Source: Candidatus Woesearchaeota archaeon (lineage in GTDB: Archaea > Nanobdellota > Nanobdellia > Woesearchaeales > 21-14-0-10-32-9). Taken from it: 64,000 nt of DNA. The notes beneath the pieces are model-generated. The model was not told where the DNA came from, did not search any database, and saw nothing but the letters and a program-made list of their open reading frames with translations. The stretch spans positions 26,147 to 90,146 of the forward strand of contig JAIPET010000001.1 of NCBI GenBank assembly GCA_021736975.1. Direction: 5' to 3'. The position numbers and the translations under genes are program-made. Below are positions 60,040-64,000 of this stretch, piece by piece (the first letter of the stretch is position 1; each line of letters begins with the position of its first letter).

Positions 60040-60215
60040 AATGAAATGAAGCGAGAGCCTGCAAGGCGTGGCACGAGCGGAACGACTGAAAGGAGTGACC
60101 TCGTGAGTTTCCAATCTCCGAAAATTCTTTGATATCATAGTTGCTGAAATGTATATTGACTATGTAGTAGTAAATAAATAGAAAGATTTAAAAGTAAACA
60201 GATTCTTCTTTTTCT

Positions 60216-60719
60216 ATGACAATGGAAAGTTCCCAAACATACGCGAAGCCATTTGATTTAGAAGAAAGGCTGGAAACTCAAGATAGCAGAAGCGCCTTTC
60301 AAAAAATCAAAGATGTATATTTCAAACCTAAATCTTTTGAAAAATGGAAGAACGGGAGAGTTTACGAATGGATTGGTGCAAAATATATTCAAAAAGCAGT
60401 GATGGGAACAGTAGGTAAACTCGGGCGTTCAATAGGAAGGGATGAAGAAAGTGGAACAAATTATTTTATTGGAAAACAATTAAATCTTGATGCCTTAGAA
60501 ACTTATGAAAGAAAAACAAGATTTAATGAAATGTTACATGCCCCCCAAATAATTTGGAACGCGTCTGTATTGGTAAAATATTTAGGTGATGGTAATTATG
60601 GCGGAGAGGTTTTCTGGGGAAGTTTTTTTCTTGCATTAAATAGTTCTTGCACAATTATTCAAAGATACAATCGTGCAAGAGTAGATAATGTCATAGAAAA
60701 AAGATACAAGAAAAAATAA
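60216..60719 (+). CDS. hypothetical protein
   Basis: 167-aa ORF. Confidence 0.4.
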   Translation: MTMESSQTYAKPFDLEERLETQDSRSAFQKIKDVYFKPKSFEKWKNGRVYEWIGAKYIQKAVMGTVGKLGRSIGRDEESGTNYFIGKQLNLDALETYERKTRFNEMLHAPQIIWNASVLVKYLGDGNYGGEVFWGSFFLALNSSCTIIQRYNRARVDNVIEKRYKKK

Positions 60720-61037
60720 TCTTTCTATTTTACAAAATACTTTTCAGCAATTTCGTTTAATCAGCGATGTTATGCGACAATTTTAATTTCGCATTGGAGC
60801 GTTAAGCGAAGATATCAAAATCAGAATTTTTGGTTTACCGACGCTAGGAGGAGATTGGAAATTGAAATGAACAATATATATACGAAAAAAGGCAAATTTT
60901 GCTTTTTTAGGACTTCAGAGTCTTAAATTTATGATTTCGATTCAGAAAAAGTGTTTTGATTTATTAGTGTCAAATCCGAAAATTTTCCAAAATTTTGATG
61001 GTAGCACATATAAATTTCATAATATTCACGTTCATTA

Positions 61038-61853
61038 ATGACTTTTGATGTTCTTTACAATATGAAAAGAGAAATGCTCCGTCGCAAACTTTCTCCAAGA
61101 ACAGTAAAAACCTATTTGAATTATGTTAAAATGTTTTTGCTTGCTAATAAAGAAAAAGATGTTAGAAAATTTTCTAAAAAAGACGTAAGAGAATTTCTTT
61201 ATAAACTTGAAGAAAAAAAAGTTTCAGGAAGTACACTAAATGTAGCTCATAACGCTTTGCGTTTCATGATGATTGATGTTTTACACAAAGCTTGTTATTT
61301 AAAAATAAAATATGCAAAAACTCCTGTTAGACAAATAGAATATCTAACTAAAGAAGAGGTTATTAAAATTTTAAATGTTATTGAAAATGCAAAACATAAA
61401 TTATTAATTTCTTTGATGTATGGAGCAGGTCTTAGAGTGCGAGAAGTGACTCGTTTAAAGATTACAGATTTTAGTTTTGAAGAAAATATTGGATTTGTTA
61501 GAGGAGGAAAAGGAAACAAGGATAGATTATTTATTATTCCTCAAAAAATAAAGAAAGAACTACAAAAAGTTTGTTCTCAAGAAACACACTGGATTTTTCC
61601 AGGAAGAAACGGTTCGTTAACTGTCAAATCTGTACAATTAATTGTTAAACAGGCAGGAAAGAAAGCAAAAATAAAAAAACATGTTCATCCACACATATTT
61701 AGACATTCATTCACAACGCATTTATTAGAATCAGGAATTGATGTAAATTCAGTTCAAGGACTTCTTGGACATGTAAGACCAGAAACAACTCTAGGATATT
61801 CGCATACATTAAGACCGAAAAAGATTACAATAAAAAGTCCGCTAGATTACTAA
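61038..61853 (+). CDS. xer: Xer-like tyrosine recombinase (XerA/XerC/D family)
   Basis: GLRVREVTRL (box I Arg); HPHIFRHSFTTHLLESGIDVNSVQGLLGHVRPETTLGYSHT (box II H-x-x-R...H...Y); 271 aa. Confidence 0.8.
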   Translation: MTFDVLYNMKREMLRRKLSPRTVKTYLNYVKMFLLANKEKDVRKFSKKDVREFLYKLEEKKVSGSTLNVAHNALRFMMIDVLHKACYLKIKYAKTPVRQIEYLTKEEVIKILNVIENAKHKLLISLMYGAGLRVREVTRLKITDFSFEENIGFVRGGKGNKDRLFIIPQKIKKELQKVCSQETHWIFPGRNGSLTVKSVQLIVKQAGKKAKIKKHVHPHIFRHSFTTHLLESGIDVNSVQGLLGHVRPETTLGYSHTLRPKKITIKSPLDY

Positions 61854-61985
61854 AGTATGTTATTGTATAATTATGAATCTTTTATGATTTTTATTTCATA
61901 TTTTTACACATTTAATATTTTTTTCGTGTTATTTTTTTTGAGTCAAAAAGATACTTTTTTAAATAATCTATTTATTTTTAATTAA

Positions 61986-62585
61986 ATGCTTAATGAATAC
62001 ACAGTTCTTGACATTGAAACAACAGGACTTTCTAGATATAGACATAAAATAACAGAAATAGCAGCAGTAAATATAGTTGATGGAATTGTAAAAAAAGAAT
62101 TTCAAACACTAATAAATCCAGAAACAAAAATACCAAGATTCATAACGCGCTTAACAGGAATAAATGACGAAATGGTAAAAGATGCACCTACAATAAACGA
62201 AGCAATGCCTAAATTCTTAAATTTTTTAGATGAATCAGTAATGATTGCACATAATGCTTCATTTGACTACGGATTTTTGAAATATAATACAGAAGAATTA
62301 ATAGGAAAAAAATTTGAAAATCAAAAACTATGCACAAGAAAACTCGCATCAAGACTTATTCCTGAATTGCCAAGTAAAAAATTATCTTGTGTTTGCGAAC
62401 ATTATAATATAATTAATGAAGATGCACACAGAGCAATGACTGATGTAAAAGCAACATTTGAAGTATTTAAAAAATTTCACGAAACATTACTTGAAGCTGG
62501 AATAAAAGAAAGAGAAGAAATATTAAAATTTGAATCATTGCCAGGGCATAAATGCAGACAAATTCTATATGAAAAATTAAATTGA
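61986..62585 (+). CDS. DnaQ-like 3'-5' exonuclease (DEDDh)
   Basis: Exo I VLDIETTGL, Exo II AHNASFDYGFL, Exo III HRAMTDV. Confidence 0.75.
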   Translation: MLNEYTVLDIETTGLSRYRHKITEIAAVNIVDGIVKKEFQTLINPETKIPRFITRLTGINDEMVKDAPTINEAMPKFLNFLDESVMIAHNASFDYGFLKYNTEELIGKKFENQKLCTRKLASRLIPELPSKKLSCVCEHYNIINEDAHRAMTDVKATFEVFKKFHETLLEAGIKEREEILKFESLPGHKCRQILYEKLN

Positions 62586-62778
62586 TACTAATATGAAAAA
62601 CTAATTTTTTTGTATTGCGAAACACTATTTTTGATTCCATCAAAAACAAATAATAAATATTTATACCTATTTTGATTTACAAAATGCAAATATTTCAAAA
62701 TTATTTCAAGGCAATACTGATGTTTTTATATTATCCTAAAAATTGTATAATATTTAAAAAATAAAAAATTAAAAATAA

Positions 62779-63993
62779 TTATTTAGTTTTATACTGATTG
62801 AATAATTCAGCAAATACTTTAGGAACAAGAGCCATTTTTTCTGGAGTTTCAACATAAGCAATTCTCATCTGAGTATTCCCAGGATTAACTTCTCCTTCTT
62901 TTGCATTATAAAAACCTGCCATTGGAGAAACTAAAAGAGTATACTTTTCCCCATTTATTTCTACTTTTCCTTCACTAGCACAATAATTAACAAAATCCAT
63001 TGCGTCAAATTGATCATTCACTAAATTTCTAACATCAACAACACTATAAATAGACGCATCAGGACTAGAAACAATAATTCCAGGAAGTTCTTCTTTAATC
63101 TTTGTTGTTAATTGAGTAAGCATAGGTTTGTAGTAATTTCTTTGAGTTTCAAACCAAGACTTTAAATTTTCAACAGATTCATGAGCTAATGCTCCAAATA
63201 AATACTGATCAATAACAGGACTACAAAGTTCCTTAGTATTTTCTGCAACGCATTTTTCATTAAACGCCTTATTATCAGTAACCATTGCACCTATTCTAAG
63301 TCCGCAAGCATTCCAAACCTTTGAAGCAGTTTCAATAACAATTCTTCTACCTTCAATTCCAGGAACTAAATTATTAGTTAAACCATATAAACTCGTAGTT
63401 TCAGAACTATTATAATGTAATTCTCTATAAGCTTCATCACTAATCATCCACATATTGTTTTCAACACATAACTTTCCAAGTTCCTTCATATCATCCATAG
63501 AATAAAAATGACCAGTAGGATTATCATAAGGAATAACAACCATCGCCCCAGGATTTTCATTTTTAATAATATTTTCAATTTCACTAATATCAGGAATAGC
63601 AAATTTACCATTCTCATTAAGATGTCTACTTACAGAAACAGTTCTAATGCCAAGAGGTTTAGCCATCGCATTATAATTTGTGTACGCAGCATCAATTAAT
63701 AATAAAGGCCTATCGCCATTAAGAACACTCTCACAAGTACCATAAATTATAAGTCCCATAGCTTGAGAACCGCCATTTGTAATTTGAGCATATAATTTAC
63801 TTGTATCAAAACCTGATGCACTAATAATATTCAAAAAAGCATCATTAGTTTCTTTAAATCCTATAGTGGAAGAATACTGAATAACTCCATCTTTAAACGG
63901 ACTACTTTCTTTTTTTAAATCAAACATTCTTTTTTGAATAGATGGATGCGCAGGTAAACTAACATTTCCAATGTGCGTGTTTAATGCAATCAC
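62779..63993 (-). CDS. class I/II PLP-dependent aminotransferase (N-terminus beyond the window end)
   Basis: SKVWNACGLRIGAMV (PLP-lysine region), about 400 aa; the ORF runs to the window edge. Confidence 0.55.
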   Translation of the reverse strand: MIALNTHIGNVSLPAHPSIQKRMFDLKKESSPFKDGVIQYSSTIGFKETNDAFLNIISASGFDTSKLYAQITNGGSQAMGLIIYGTCESVLNGDRPLLLIDAAYTNYNAMAKPLGIRTVSVSRHLNENGKFAIPDISEIENIIKNENPGAMVVIPYDNPTGHFYSMDDMKELGKLCVENNMWMISDEAYRELHYNSSETTSLYGLTNNLVPGIEGRRIVIETASKVWNACGLRIGAMVTDNKAFNEKCVAENTKELCSPVIDQYLFGALAHESVENLKSWFETQRNYYKPMLTQLTTKIKEELPGIIVSSPDASIYSVVDVRNLVNDQFDAMDFVNYCASEGKVEINGEKYTLLVSPMAGFYNAKEGEVNPGNTQMRIAYVETPEKMALVPKVFAELFNQYKTK

Positions 63994-64000
63994 ACCATCA

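Noticed and set aside
48100-60800. Classical integron (attC sites plus IntI)
   Set aside because: The inverted repeats bracket whole genes about 0.3-1.4 kb apart instead of forming compact 57-141-bp attC hairpins. The core is not a clean GTTRRRY/RYYYAAC pair. The adjacent recombinase is a short Xer-type protein without the IntI-specific extra domain. It is reported as an integron-like but distinct arrangement.

Overview
The window has two parts. Positions 1 to about 45,500 hold an integrated head-tailed virus of roughly 45 kb. The remainder is an A-rich host or island region of much lower GC.

The host is probably a low-GC archaeon, on three grounds: an Orc1/Cdc6 initiator, TATA-box-like promoters about 25 bp upstream of start codons, and a short XerA-like recombinase.

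The provirus begins with a portal/MuF-like gene and a frameshifted cytosine-5 DNA methyltransferase. It then carries a complete diversity-generating retroelement (DGR). The DGR consists of:
- a non-coding template repeat in which adenines on the coding strand are the only variable positions;
- two paralogous target genes with hypervariable C-termini, embedded in an operon with a MoxR-like AAA+ ATPase and a VWA/HExxH protein;
- a reverse transcriptase with the ...LGNLTSQ... signature and a C-terminal extension.

The rest of the provirus holds a prohead protease, a scaffold, two paralogous HK97-like capsid genes, a head-tail joining block, a tape measure protein, large tail and fibre proteins, a type I HsdM/HsdS pair without an HsdR, Orc1/Cdc6, and two divergent paralogous tyrosine integrases.

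Downstream there is a fused adenosine kinase and S-adenosylhomocysteine hydrolase gene. After it, from about 48.1 to 60.8 kb, lies a striking array of single-gene units. The units are separated by a conserved dif-like palindromic site (CGTATAA, 6 bp, TTATACG), always on the + strand. Each unit is followed by one of a few repeat modules, including the hairpin TTTTTTCTGCAAGAAAAAA. Each promoter-plus-ORF is bracketed by its own unique inverted repeat of 12-18 bp (10/10 perfect around the 51303 ORF), perfect in most units and with one mismatch or indel in three. A Xer-like tyrosine recombinase gene lies at the distal end of the array. This looks like a candidate gene-cassette platform that has not been described.
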